Part shown: positions 28,303-38,083 of the stretch, in pieces
Position numbering within the stretch: position 1 is the first letter of the stretch
How the letters are laid out: each line of letters opens with the position of its first letter
Assembly (NCBI GenBank): GCA_965227775.1
Contig: OZ245777.1
Location: 2,848,001 to 2,912,000 of the forward strand
Length of the DNA stretch: 64,000 bases
Reading direction: 5' to 3'
Source: Phycisphaerales bacterium
GTDB taxonomy: Bacteria; Planctomycetota; Phycisphaerae; Phycisphaerales; UBA1924
Translations under genes and position numbers: made by a program
Notes under the pieces: model-generated
Told to the model about the DNA's origin: nothing
What the model saw: only the letters and a program-made list of their open reading frames with translations
Databases searched by the model: none

Positions 28303-29355
28303 ATGCATCGACCGCTCCACTCGTGCGCCGCTCGGATGTTGCTTGCCGCAACTGGCTTGCTCGTGCTCGGCTGCACGCAGCAGGTGCGCATTCCCGATGC
28401 GCCGCCGGTGGACGAGCAGCCCGTGATGCGATTCGCCGGCTACGGCATGGAGCTCCGCACGTGGGCGCTCGACGCAACCTCGTGGAAGCGAGCTCGCAAC
28501 AACGCCGAGCTCGAGCAGCTGTATCGCGAGTGGCTGGCGATGGAGGCCGAGCGAGTCGCCGAAGAGGCGGCGGCCGAAGCCGAGACTCAGGTCGATCAGC
28601 CCGGGCCACGGCCCGAGCCCGATGATGGATTGCCCAGGACGTTCGAGCAATTCGTCGCCTCGCGTTCCGATTGGTCGACCGAGCAGCCAGGCGAAGGCGC
28701 GCTCGAGCAATACACCAACCTGCGAAACGCGCTCGAAGACAGTGCCGCGCGGCTGTGGACCCAGAACGGGCTACGTTTCGCGCTGGTGCCGATCGATGAA
28801 CTCACGAGCCTGCGCGATGCCTTGGGCGTGCCAGGCCCGCTGGAGCGAACCTGGTGGGGCGCCACCACGACGTGGTCGCACATGACCAAGGGCGTGCCGT
28901 TTTCATCGCAGCAGATCGACACCGATGCGGGGCCGCTCATTCTGGATAACGGCCGCTTGGCGCTCATCGGCAGGGTGTGGCCGGCCCCAGGCGTCACTGA
29001 ACCCGTGCTGCGCATCGAGTTTTGTCCGCAGTTCCTTCGGGCTGATGACACGGTTCGAACGTTCTCTGCCCGGCTCAAGGCCCGCCTCGAGACCACGAAC
29101 GCGCCACCCAGCGACATTGATGCGGGGCCGGTGTTCGAGCGGCTGCTCTTGCGAGGTTCGATTCCTCGCGGGTTTGCGCTCGTCGTGACGGCCGTCGACC
29201 ACGAGCGGCCCGAGGACCAGGTCGGACCGCTGCTCACCGGCTCGAGCATCGGACGGCTGACGCTGTCGGCGGTCGGCCCCGATGGCTCTTTGCGCCCGGT
29301 GGCGCTCGTCGTGGTGCCCGTGCTCCCCGAGCGGTTCTCGCTCGACGGGGGCTGA
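28303..29355 (+). CDS. hypothetical lipoprotein
   Basis: LVLGC lipobox; co-oriented 6 nt after the LOG gene. Confidence 0.6.
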   Translation: MHRPLHSCAARMLLAATGLLVLGCTQQVRIPDAPPVDEQPVMRFAGYGMELRTWALDATSWKRARNNAELEQLYREWLAMEAERVAEEAAAEAETQVDQPGPRPEPDDGLPRTFEQFVASRSDWSTEQPGEGALEQYTNLRNALEDSAARLWTQNGLRFALVPIDELTSLRDALGVPGPLERTWWGATTTWSHMTKGVPFSSQQIDTDAGPLILDNGRLALIGRVWPAPGVTEPVLRIEFCPQFLRADDTVRTFSARLKARLETTNAPPSDIDAGPVFERLLLRGSIPRGFALVVTAVDHERPEDQVGPLLTGSSIGRLTLSAVGPDGSLRPVALVVVPVLPERFSLDGG

Positions 29356-29466
29356 CCCGCACGGAACGCAGCCGCTTCGAAGCCGAGCAACCAGCTTCCT
29401 ACCATCGCACCCGAACGACGGATTCGCTCGGGCTTTCCCTGTCACGACTCGTGGAGCACGGCATCC

Positions 29467-30429
29467 TTGCAGAACCTGGTTTCGATCCTGTGGTTGCTGC
29501 TGGGCATCGTGCTGCTCGTGGGCGGGGCCGAGATCATGCTCCGCGGCGCCATATCGCTGGCCCGACGCCTGGGTGTGCCGACGTTCATCATCGGACTCAC
29601 GGTGGTAGCCTTCGGCACGAGCATGCCGGAACTGGCAACCGGCGTGGGCGCGGTGCTCAAGGACCAGGGCGACCTGATCGTCGGCACGGTGATCGGCTCC
29701 AACGTTGCCAACATCGGCCTGGTGCTTGGCATTGCATCGATCATCAAGCCCGCTCGTGTCCGCGGCGGCGTCGTGCGCCGAGAAGTACCGCTGCTCATCC
29801 TGGTGACGTTGGCATTCGTGGCGACACTCTTTGGCGGATCGGTCAGCCGGCTGGATGCCATCCTGCTCACGGTGGGTTTTGCAGCGTTCATCGGGTTGAC
29901 GCTCTACTCATCCAAGCACCTCGATCCCGAAGACTCGGCGCTGGTGATCGAGACCGAAGACGAGGACGGCAAGCCGCCTTCGGGCGTGTTCGTGAGTCTG
30001 GTCTTGGTTGCCATCGGGCTTGGCGCCATGGTCATTGGCTCGGATCGCGCGGTGCTCGGCGCAACCGATCTCGCGCGCGCCCTTGGCGTGCCGGCGTTTG
30101 TGATCGGTCTGACGATGGTGGCCCTCGGTACGTCGCTGCCCGAAGTCGTGACTACCGTGATGGCAGCGCTCAAGGGACACTCGGACCTTGCCGTGGGCAA
30201 CGTCCTTGGGTCCAATATCTTCAACGTGCTCTGCGTCGTTGGCGTGAGTGGGCTTATCGGCGCACTCCCGGTGCCGGACATTGCCGTGCAACGGGACGCG
30301 TGGGTCATGCTGGGCCTCACGCTGCTCCTGCTTCCGATCATGGTCACACGCTTCAACATCAGCCGGCTCGAGGGCTGTGTGCTCCTCACCGCCTATGCGG
30401 TCTACGTGACCCTGGTTGTTGTGCTCTAG
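29467..30429 (+). CDS. calcium/sodium antiporter (YrbG family)
   Basis: Two alpha repeats: GTSMPE/GSNVAN and GTSLPE/GSNIFN. Confidence 0.92.
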   Translation: MQNLVSILWLLLGIVLLVGGAEIMLRGAISLARRLGVPTFIIGLTVVAFGTSMPELATGVGAVLKDQGDLIVGTVIGSNVANIGLVLGIASIIKPARVRGGVVRREVPLLILVTLAFVATLFGGSVSRLDAILLTVGFAAFIGLTLYSSKHLDPEDSALVIETEDEDGKPPSGVFVSLVLVAIGLGAMVIGSDRAVLGATDLARALGVPAFVIGLTMVALGTSLPEVVTTVMAALKGHSDLAVGNVLGSNIFNVLCVVGVSGLIGALPVPDIAVQRDAWVMLGLTLLLLPIMVTRFNISRLEGCVLLTAYAVYVTLVVVL

Positions 30430-30551
30430 ACCCATAACCCAAACCTACGAAAAAATGCCGTGTTTCGAGCGGCCGAGCGGCCGCTCGGAGCCAACCAGAT
30501 GGCCGATGCAGCCGATGGAACGGATGAGCCTCTGACACCCGGAGATCGTCC

Positions 30552-31850
30552 ATGCTGCGCGTATCGATGCACGAAGCTGCTGAGGGCATGCGCCTTGCCA
30601 TGCCGGTATACCACCCCCAGCGCGGGGGCCCGGTTCTGCTAAAGGCCGACGTCGTGCTCGATGGCCGACTCATCGCCCGCCTGCGTGAGATCAACCTGCG
30701 CGAGATCTACATCCACTATCCGGGCATGTCGTTCCTTAGCCGGTTCGCCAGCCCGGCGGTCATGCAAGCCCGGGCCGAGCTCAGCCAGCACGTGCTGGCC
30801 GCGCTCGACGAGGTGGCGGCCAACGCCGTGGCCCGGCTCGACTACACCGCATACAAGCGCGCGGTCGTTGCGCTCATCGAACAACTCGTGCATGCGCCTA
30901 CGGCGGCGTACTACCTGGAAGAGCTCGCGACCGCAGATACACCCCAGGGTCGCCACGCGAACTCGGTGTGCTTCTTGAGCGTGCTGATGGGCCTGAAGCT
31001 GGGTGACTACCTCATCGCCGAGCGGCCCCGCCTGCATCCAAACCACGCGCGCGACGTGACCTCGCTCGGTGTTGGCGCCATGCTGCATGACGTTGGCATG
31101 CTGCGCCTTCCGCCCGAGGCGTTGCGACGCTGGAACCGCGAGCACGACCAGAGCGATCCGCACTGGCAGCGGCACGTCAAGCTGGGCTACGACATGATCC
31201 GTGACGGCGTGGATCCCTCCGCCGCCGCCGTGGTGCTGCACCACCATCAGGCCCATGACGGCTCGGGTTTCCCGCGGCGCAAACAACTTGGGGGCGGCTC
31301 AGTGCCGCTCAAGGGAAAGGAGATCCACGCGTTTGCGCGCATTGTGGCGGTTGCCGATGCGTTCGACCGCCTACGAGACAGCGGCGATGCCCCTGGAGCC
31401 GACTCGGTTCCCCAGACACGCCGTTCGACGGTCTCGGCCTTGCGTGAGATGGTGCTGGGCGAGACCGGCAAGCGGTTCGATCCCACGGTCATCAAGGCGC
31501 TGATCGCGTGCGTGCCTGCCTATTCGCCCGGCTCGGTCGTGACTCTGAGCGATGGGCGTCGTGCGGTGGTGTGCAACTGGCGGTGCGACGATCCATGCCG
31601 GCCCCGCGTCCTGCCGATCGGAGGTTTCGACCAAGCGGTCGGCGCGACGGCCCAAGGAGCCCAGGTCTTCGACAACGAAGAGCCCAAGCAGGTCGTCGAT
31701 CTGGCGTCGACACCCGATCTGCAGATCGCCGAGGCGGAAGGCTTCGAGGTTTCCAACGACAACTTCGTGCTGCCGAGCAATGAGTCCTTTGATCTGAGAC
31801 AGGCCGACCGCGAGCGCATCAACCGCGCCCAAACGCTCGAGACAACCTAA
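30552..31850 (+). CDS. HD-GYP domain protein (putative c-di-GMP phosphodiesterase)
   Basis: LHDVG, HHHQAHDGSGFP, ARIVAVADAFD, FDP. Confidence 0.85.
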   Translation: MLRVSMHEAAEGMRLAMPVYHPQRGGPVLLKADVVLDGRLIARLREINLREIYIHYPGMSFLSRFASPAVMQARAELSQHVLAALDEVAANAVARLDYTAYKRAVVALIEQLVHAPTAAYYLEELATADTPQGRHANSVCFLSVLMGLKLGDYLIAERPRLHPNHARDVTSLGVGAMLHDVGMLRLPPEALRRWNREHDQSDPHWQRHVKLGYDMIRDGVDPSAAAVVLHHHQAHDGSGFPRRKQLGGGSVPLKGKEIHAFARIVAVADAFDRLRDSGDAPGADSVPQTRRSTVSALREMVLGETGKRFDPTVIKALIACVPAYSPGSVVTLSDGRRAVVCNWRCDDPCRPRVLPIGGFDQAVGATAQGAQVFDNEEPKQVVDLASTPDLQIAEAEGFEVSNDNFVLPSNESFDLRQADRERINRAQTLETT

Positions 31851-31859
31851 TCGAGTAAC

Positions 31860-33593
31860 TCAGCCTGTAGGCTTCACCGTCGACTCAGCCGAAGCCGACG
31901 CCACGGGTGCGGCCTCTGTGATCTCGTCCGATGCGGCTTGGTCAATCTGCACGCCATCGTCCTTAGCGAGTTCGGTGTCCTCGGTGCTCTCGGCCTGCGT
32001 CGTACGGCTTGGGCGCCCCTGGCGTTGGGATCGATCGGGAACGGGCTGACCGTTCTCATCGAGCGTAAACCCAACGGTCTGCAAGCGACCCTGGTCCCAC
32101 GGCTGCTTGAGCACCTCGCCCGGCTCGGGCGAACGCACGAGCACGACGTCTCCAGCGTTCAAGCCCGCCAAGACCTCGGCTTCGGTCTCGCTCCGGCGGC
32201 CCAGTCGGATGGGCACACGCTCGTAACGGCCGCCGCTGGGCTTGTACACGTATCGAAGGCGGCCCTCGCTGAACACGGCCTGAACTGGGATCGTGAGAGC
32301 CTCGTCAACGCGATCCATAATGATCGTCGCCTCGGCGCGCATGGACGGCTTCAGGTCCTTGGCGTGCTCGCCGGGCTCAAGAAGGATGCGAACGGTGTAC
32401 TCACGCAGGTTCGGGTCACGCCAGTTGCCGCTCTCAGCAAGCACACCGATCGACTCGATCTTGCCTGGCAGGATCGTCGTGCCGAGCGCCTCGATCTGCA
32501 CAGTCGCGGACTGCCCGGGCGTCAGCCTGCCAGCGAGCGACTCGTGCACGCGAACGGATGCGACCATTTCTGAGGTATCCGGGAGCACGATCAGCACTTC
32601 GTTCGGAGAGACTTCCATGCCGGGCTCGGGCGGATCGTCGTTCCAACGGCCGCGACGGGTGCTCGAGTTGTACACAACAAGGCCGTCGTTGGGCGCGGTG
32701 ATCTCGCAGTAGCTGAGCTGCTCACGGTGCTTGGCCAAGCGCTCTTCCCGGAGTTCGAGCTGCCGGCGAGCGTTCTTGCGGTTGGCGTCCTTACTGGCCA
32801 GTTCGATGGCGTTCTGCTTGCGCACGCGATCGACCTTGGCCTCGGCCTCTTCGACATCGCTGGTGCGCCGCTTCTCATCACTGGGACGCTGGTAGTCGCG
32901 GTAGGTGTACAGCGCCAACTCCGCCTGCTTCACGCGGGACTCGGCCTCGAGCAGTTGGATTTCCTCCTGGTCGAACTCGTTCTGGCTCTTGAAGTTACTT
33001 GCCAAGAGGAGCTTGCTCTGCTCGAACTTGTCCCGGAGGCGGTCGCGGTTGCGCGTCGCGCTGTCAAGATCGGCCTGCAGGCGCTCGATCTCTTTGGGGT
33101 CGTCGCCGTCGCGCCATTGCTGCAGCGCGAGACGTGCCAACTCCAATTCCAGGTTGGCAGCGCGAAGGTTTGATTCGTTATCGCTCACCTGGATGAGGTA
33201 GGCGTTCTCAGCGGCCTCGAGGTCGGCGCGGGCGGTCTCGACGCGGCTCTCTTCCTCTGTGATTTCCTGCTCGATCGACTCGCTGTTGAGTGTGAAGAGC
33301 ACTTCCCCCTTGCGGACGCGAGTGCCTTCATCGATGATCGTGGTGATCGTGGCGCGACTGTCGAGCTTGTTTCGAATTTCGACCTGCTGGCGAGCTTCGA
33401 GTTCGCCGGTCGCGATCGTCTGGATGTCGAAGTTGCGCACGGACGCCGAGACAACGTCCGCTGTGCGGACGCTTTCGACCTGGCTGAGCTGCGTCGTGGC
33501 GTACCACCCGCCGGCTCCTACGACGGCCAATGCCACGACGGCCCCTGCCGCCTTAATCAGGATGCCGCCGCGACTCATTCGTGCCTGTCCCAT
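31860..33593 (-). CDS. HlyD/MacA-like periplasmic adaptor with long coiled coil
   Basis: TM anchor, EGTRVRKGEVL, ITAPNDGLVVY, LKPSM. Confidence 0.82.
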   Translation of the reverse strand: MGQARMSRGGILIKAAGAVVALAVVGAGGWYATTQLSQVESVRTADVVSASVRNFDIQTIATGELEARQQVEIRNKLDSRATITTIIDEGTRVRKGEVLFTLNSESIEQEITEEESRVETARADLEAAENAYLIQVSDNESNLRAANLELELARLALQQWRDGDDPKEIERLQADLDSATRNRDRLRDKFEQSKLLLASNFKSQNEFDQEEIQLLEAESRVKQAELALYTYRDYQRPSDEKRRTSDVEEAEAKVDRVRKQNAIELASKDANRKNARRQLELREERLAKHREQLSYCEITAPNDGLVVYNSSTRRGRWNDDPPEPGMEVSPNEVLIVLPDTSEMVASVRVHESLAGRLTPGQSATVQIEALGTTILPGKIESIGVLAESGNWRDPNLREYTVRILLEPGEHAKDLKPSMRAEATIIMDRVDEALTIPVQAVFSEGRLRYVYKPSGGRYERVPIRLGRRSETEAEVLAGLNAGDVVLVRSPEPGEVLKQPWDQGRLQTVGFTLDENGQPVPDRSQRQGRPSRTTQAESTEDTELAKDDGVQIDQAASDEITEAAPVASASAESTVKPTG

Positions 33594-33803
33594 CGGCCAC
33601 CTTCCCCAGATCATGATTTCGTCTGCAGCGGTCCTGACGCGAACCGAGCAATTGCCCTCTCGGACCGCCGATCCATCGGCACCGAGGGCGTAAAGACACT
33701 AGCGTTCAACAACCTGGAGCCCCAAATGGTTCCCACCCGTCGCCGGAAACCCTGAAAAACTTGGGCCGATCCGCAATGAGGCCCGCAAGCCCGCAAGACA
33801 CCG

Positions 33804-34517
33804 ATGGACGCATCTCCTCCCGAAAACCAAGGCCGACCCTGGCTTCTAACCGTCGCAGCTCGTGCGGAAGCGAAGGCAGTGCTCAATGGCTCAGAATCGT
33901 CACTGCCCGAGGAATGGGTTGCGACCCAGATCGGCGATCGGCTCGACGTGCTGATCACCGGGGTTGGCAAGGCCAACGCCGCAGCGGGCACCGCGACGGC
34001 GATGGCCGATGGCGGTTATTCGGCCGTGATCAACCTGGGCATTTGCGGCTCGCTGCCAATCGCCAGCCCATTGCAGATGGGCGATTCGATCGCCGCGACC
34101 CGATCGATCTATGCGGACGAGGGGCTCCAGCTACCCGACGGCTCGTTCGTTGGGTGTGCCGACATGGGGTTTCCCCTTGGTCCGTTCGATGATTGGGGCG
34201 TCCGGGCCGACGCGAAGCTGCTCGATGCCTTCGCCGGCCATGTCTCGGTGACAGCTCCGATCGCCACGGTGTCGACGTGTTCTGGGACCGACGCGCTGGC
34301 AAGCTCGGTTATTGCCCGGACCTGGGCGGTGGCCGAGGCCATGGAGGGGGCTGCCGTGGGTCATGTTGCCAGCCGGCTGGGGGTGCCATTCATCGAGCTG
34401 CGAGTCGTGAGCAACACCACCGGCGACCGCGACCGCCAGGTTTGGTCGATCGGGCCGGCACTACAGCGGGTCGGAGAACTCGCGCACATCGTCCGAAAAG
34501 CAGCCGCTGACCGATAA
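33804..34517 (+). CDS. mqnB: futalosine hydrolase
   Basis: TGVGKANAA, ADEG, TVSTCSGTD, EAMEGAA, SNTTGDRDRQVW. Confidence 0.82.
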   Translation: MDASPPENQGRPWLLTVAARAEAKAVLNGSESSLPEEWVATQIGDRLDVLITGVGKANAAAGTATAMADGGYSAVINLGICGSLPIASPLQMGDSIAATRSIYADEGLQLPDGSFVGCADMGFPLGPFDDWGVRADAKLLDAFAGHVSVTAPIATVSTCSGTDALASSVIARTWAVAEAMEGAAVGHVASRLGVPFIELRVVSNTTGDRDRQVWSIGPALQRVGELAHIVRKAAADR

Positions 34518-34701
34518 CGGCGCGATTCGTCGGATCATGACGAATGCGCGGCTCGGGCAGGACGGGCCGGAGCGCCAACCACTACACGTCCGCTGAATTT
34601 GGGCATCGGAAGGGCCGATTCCATGGGCTACGGCGTTGGAATTGCGCGGTCGTGCTGCGCGTGCCGGGAATTGGGCCGTTCGGGCAGGCCAGGGGGCCTT
34701 T

Positions 34702-36000
34702 GTGGGCATCTCGCTGAAAACACTCTCGGCCATCGGATCGACGCGCCTCATGGGCGGGTCGTTGTCGCCGATCGCGTTCGAGTTCGGCACTGCCGAGCTG
34801 AAGGTGCTGCAGATCGCACTGGGCCAGAGCCCTCAGCTCGTGGCGGCTGCCGCGCTCGAGATGCCGTCGCGCCTGCGGCGCGACGCGCAAGCAAGGCTCG
34901 CGTTCCAGATCGAAGCCCTGCCCAAGATGGTGAAGGCCGGCGGCTTCAAGGGCAAGCGAGCGGTGTGCTCCATGCCAAGCGCGATGTCGTTTTGCAAGCA
35001 CCTGAAGATCGTCAAGGCCGATGGCGTGGCAATGGACACGCTCGTGCGCGCCAAGATCCAGGGCGCGATGGGCTGCGATCCCAACGCGCTGGTCTACCGG
35101 TGGGTACCGGTCGAGAGCGGGACGCCCGGCAGCCGCGGAGAAGTCATTTGCATGGGCGCGGGTCGAGACGTGATCCAACGCCTAATGCGCGGGCTGAAGG
35201 CCGCGAAGCTGGAGCCCGTCGCGATGCACAGCGACTTCCAGGCGATTCTGACGGCCATGCACGCCTGCACCCGGCACCTCGAAGACCATGAGGACAAGCC
35301 CACGCTCTATCTCGAACTCGGTGCCGGCGGATCGCGCGTACTGGTCGGTGATGGTGAGCGCCTGGCATTCGCCAAGTTCGTCGAGATCGGCGGCAAGCAC
35401 CTGGATGAGGCGATCGCTCGCGAGCAGAACATCGACATGGAGATGGCCCGCTCGACGCGGCTGAATCTGCAAACGCTCGTGCCCGAGGCCACCAAGGCCG
35501 TCGCCGCGGCCGCATCGGCGGCCAGCAAGGACGAGAGCGTGGACCGCGCGGGTTCGGGCCTGGCAATGCTCGAGGCGGCGCTCAAGCGCTCTCGCGCGAC
35601 ACCCAGCAGCGAAGACAACGGCGGCAGCGCCGTGATGGCCGCACTCGACGAGAGCGCTGTGGGCATGGAAACACTCGACGAGACGATGTCTCGAACCGGC
35701 ACCGACCTGACCGAGCCGCTGGAGATCTTGACCGACGAGGTCCAGATGTGCGTCCGGTATTACAACGGGCTGTGCCCCCAGCGGAAGATCGAGCGGGTTG
35801 TGTTCCTGGGCGGCGAGTCTCGCCAGATGGCCCTGTGCACGCACATCGCGCGGCGGCTGAACCTGCCGGCACAGGTAGCAGACCCGCTGGCGCGAGTTAC
35901 TCGGACCGGCAATGAGCCCTGTGTCGGCACGGACCTCAGCGGAAGCCAGCCCGGATGGGCCGTGGCGCTTGGCTTGTGCCTGCGCCCAACCGATCTTTGA
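34702..36000 (+). CDS. pilM: type IV pilus assembly protein PilM-like
   Basis: PIAFEFGTAELKVLQ, ELGAGGS, GGKHLD, VFLGGE, WAVALGL; start approximate. Confidence 0.8.
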   Translation: MGISLKTLSAIGSTRLMGGSLSPIAFEFGTAELKVLQIALGQSPQLVAAAALEMPSRLRRDAQARLAFQIEALPKMVKAGGFKGKRAVCSMPSAMSFCKHLKIVKADGVAMDTLVRAKIQGAMGCDPNALVYRWVPVESGTPGSRGEVICMGAGRDVIQRLMRGLKAAKLEPVAMHSDFQAILTAMHACTRHLEDHEDKPTLYLELGAGGSRVLVGDGERLAFAKFVEIGGKHLDEAIAREQNIDMEMARSTRLNLQTLVPEATKAVAAAASAASKDESVDRAGSGLAMLEAALKRSRATPSSEDNGGSAVMAALDESAVGMETLDETMSRTGTDLTEPLEILTDEVQMCVRYYNGLCPQRKIERVVFLGGESRQMALCTHIARRLNLPAQVADPLARVTRTGNEPCVGTDLSGSQPGWAVALGLCLRPTDL

Positions 36001-36027
36001 ACAGGCACGGAGCTACGGAGGATCGTC

Positions 36028-36915
36028 ATGCTCGGACCATCCAGCGATCAGAACAAGCAGGGCGGCGCCCTGGGTGGGGGATTCCTGCCCGAGGACTACG
36101 TCCAGCGGAAGGCCGAGGGCCGAGCGAACATTATTGGCCTCACGCTGTTCTGCGCTGTGATGGGCACGGTCGTGGCGGCGTTCTTTGTCACCAACCGAAA
36201 CTGGAAGTCGGTGCACGACGAGCGCGAGGCAATCGCGGTGCAATACACCGCCGCTGAGCCCGAGATCGAGCTGCTCATCAAGCTGGAAGAGCAGAAGGAG
36301 CAGATGCTCCAAAAGGCCGAGATCGTCACGGCGCTCATCGAGCCCGTACCCCGCAGCATCCTGATGGCCGAACTCGTCACGAGGATGCCCGAGGAGATGA
36401 CGCTCCTGACCGTCGAGCTCAAGGGCCGCCGGGTCGCTGAGGCAACGTCCACGAAGGAAGACGACAAGAGCAAGCGGCGCACGAGCGTTCGCGGGCGGAA
36501 GGCCGGTTCACTCGGCGGCACCAAGACCGGCGCCACCGCGGGTGACGCGGAGAAGAAGAGCATCCTGCCCCCGCGATACGAGTACACGCTCACGCTGATC
36601 GGTGTGACGACCAAGAACGAGGACATCTCCGACTACATGGATGGCCTCAAGCTCTCACCGCTGCTCCGGCGCGTTGATCTAAAGCAGGTCGATAGCCAGA
36701 AGATGAACGACCGGCAGCTGCGCAAGTTTGAGATCGTCGCCGAGATCGATCCGCGTGCGGACGCACGCGGCATCGAGCCCCTGACCTCGCCCGAGGCCAT
36801 GGCTGGTGGCGCATCCACGACCGACGAGTCGGGCGAGGAAGAGAGCCCCATCGACGATGGTGGCGAGGGCGGCGAGGCACTCGCCATCGAGCCCGATAGC
36901 GGAGAGGGGCAGTAA
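36028..36915 (+). CDS. pilN: PilN-like protein
   Basis: FLPEDY N-terminal motif, single TM, coiled coil, position after pilM. Confidence 0.72.
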   Translation: MLGPSSDQNKQGGALGGGFLPEDYVQRKAEGRANIIGLTLFCAVMGTVVAAFFVTNRNWKSVHDEREAIAVQYTAAEPEIELLIKLEEQKEQMLQKAEIVTALIEPVPRSILMAELVTRMPEEMTLLTVELKGRRVAEATSTKEDDKSKRRTSVRGRKAGSLGGTKTGATAGDAEKKSILPPRYEYTLTLIGVTTKNEDISDYMDGLKLSPLLRRVDLKQVDSQKMNDRQLRKFEIVAEIDPRADARGIEPLTSPEAMAGGASTTDESGEEESPIDDGGEGGEALAIEPDSGEGQ

Positions 36916-36916
36916 C

Positions 36917-37453
36917 ATGAAGTTCGGCGTACGAGAGTTCGTGCTCTTGCTGGTGCTTTTTGCGGTACCGCTGGCGAGCTACTGGTTCGTCTTCAGGCCG
37001 CAGAACACGCAGATCGAGCGTGCACGCGAAGAAATCGCCCTACGGCGAGACAAGCTGGAGAAATTGCAGCAGGAGAGCGCCCGCCGCGGCACGCTCGAGG
37101 CGGCGACAAACCAGATCGCCGAGCGCATCGAGTCCATCGAGGCCCGACTGCCGACGAACAAGGAACTGTCGGGCGTTGTCCGCCAGATCTCGGAACTCGC
37201 CAGCGAAGCGGGGCTGCAGCAGCCGGCGATCGTGGCCGAGAAGCCCGTGAAGGCGTCGCTCTACATGGAGCAGCCGCTGAAGATCGAGATGACCGGTGAT
37301 TTCCGGGGCTTCTACAAGTTCCTGCTCGAGCTCGAACGTCTCGACCGCATCACCCGGCTGCCCGAGATGACCATCCGCCGTTCTGACAAGGTCGACGGGC
37401 ACATGGTGGCCGAATTCACGCTGAGCATCTACTTCCAAGACGAGGAGGCCTGA
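36917..37453 (+). CDS. pilO: PilO-like protein
   Basis: TM, coiled coil, RLP, GDFRGFYKFLLELERLDRIT. Confidence 0.8.
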   Translation: MKFGVREFVLLLVLFAVPLASYWFVFRPQNTQIERAREEIALRRDKLEKLQQESARRGTLEAATNQIAERIESIEARLPTNKELSGVVRQISELASEAGLQQPAIVAEKPVKASLYMEQPLKIEMTGDFRGFYKFLLELERLDRITRLPEMTIRRSDKVDGHMVAEFTLSIYFQDEEA

Positions 37454-38058
37454 TGAACACCGATCCGTCGATGGTGCCCGAGCAATCGAGCGAGGAAGCG
37501 CCGGCCGCTGAGTCGTATGCGCCGAACCCCAAGAAGCGGCTACCGATCCAGGTCGCCATCTTGAGCAGCGTGCTCGTTGTTGCCGGCGGCGTGCTCTACT
37601 GGATGCACCACCGCGGCACCGCGCCCGCGAAGCTGCTCAAGCCCGTGGAGATGCGCTACACGATCGAGCAGACCCAGGCTCGGCACTACGAGGGCGAGGA
37701 TCGCATCATGAAGTCGCTGGCCAAGGCCGGCCCGCCACCGCAGATCCCGCTGGAGGAGATCGACGACAACCCCTTCCGTCTCGAGCGTGCGCCCGAAACA
37801 GAGGACCCGATCATTCCTGTTGAGCGTGCGCCGCAGCGCGACCAGATGCTTGTGCAGGCCGAGCAGATCCTGAATTCAATGAACATCGAGATGGTGCTCA
37901 ACAGCGAAACCCGGCCGCTCGCCAAGATCAATGGCCGGGTGTACCAGGTGGGCGAGAAGGTCGACGGTGTGCTCGAGATCGTCTCGATCTCCGGGCGCTC
38001 GGTGACCTTCCGGGCCAAGACGCTGATGCGCACGGTCGAGATGAAGGGCAACAACTGA
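37453..38058 (+). CDS. hypothetical membrane protein, PilP/GspC-like position
   Basis: TM, NPF motif, AKINGRVYQVGE; TGATG coupling to pilO. Confidence 0.55.
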   Translation: MNTDPSMVPEQSSEEAPAAESYAPNPKKRLPIQVAILSSVLVVAGGVLYWMHHRGTAPAKLLKPVEMRYTIEQTQARHYEGEDRIMKSLAKAGPPPQIPLEEIDDNPFRLERAPETEDPIIPVERAPQRDQMLVQAEQILNSMNIEMVLNSETRPLAKINGRVYQVGEKVDGVLEIVSISGRSVTFRAKTLMRTVEMKGNN

Positions 38059-38083
38059 CCCTGGTGCCGGGGATGCGACCGCG

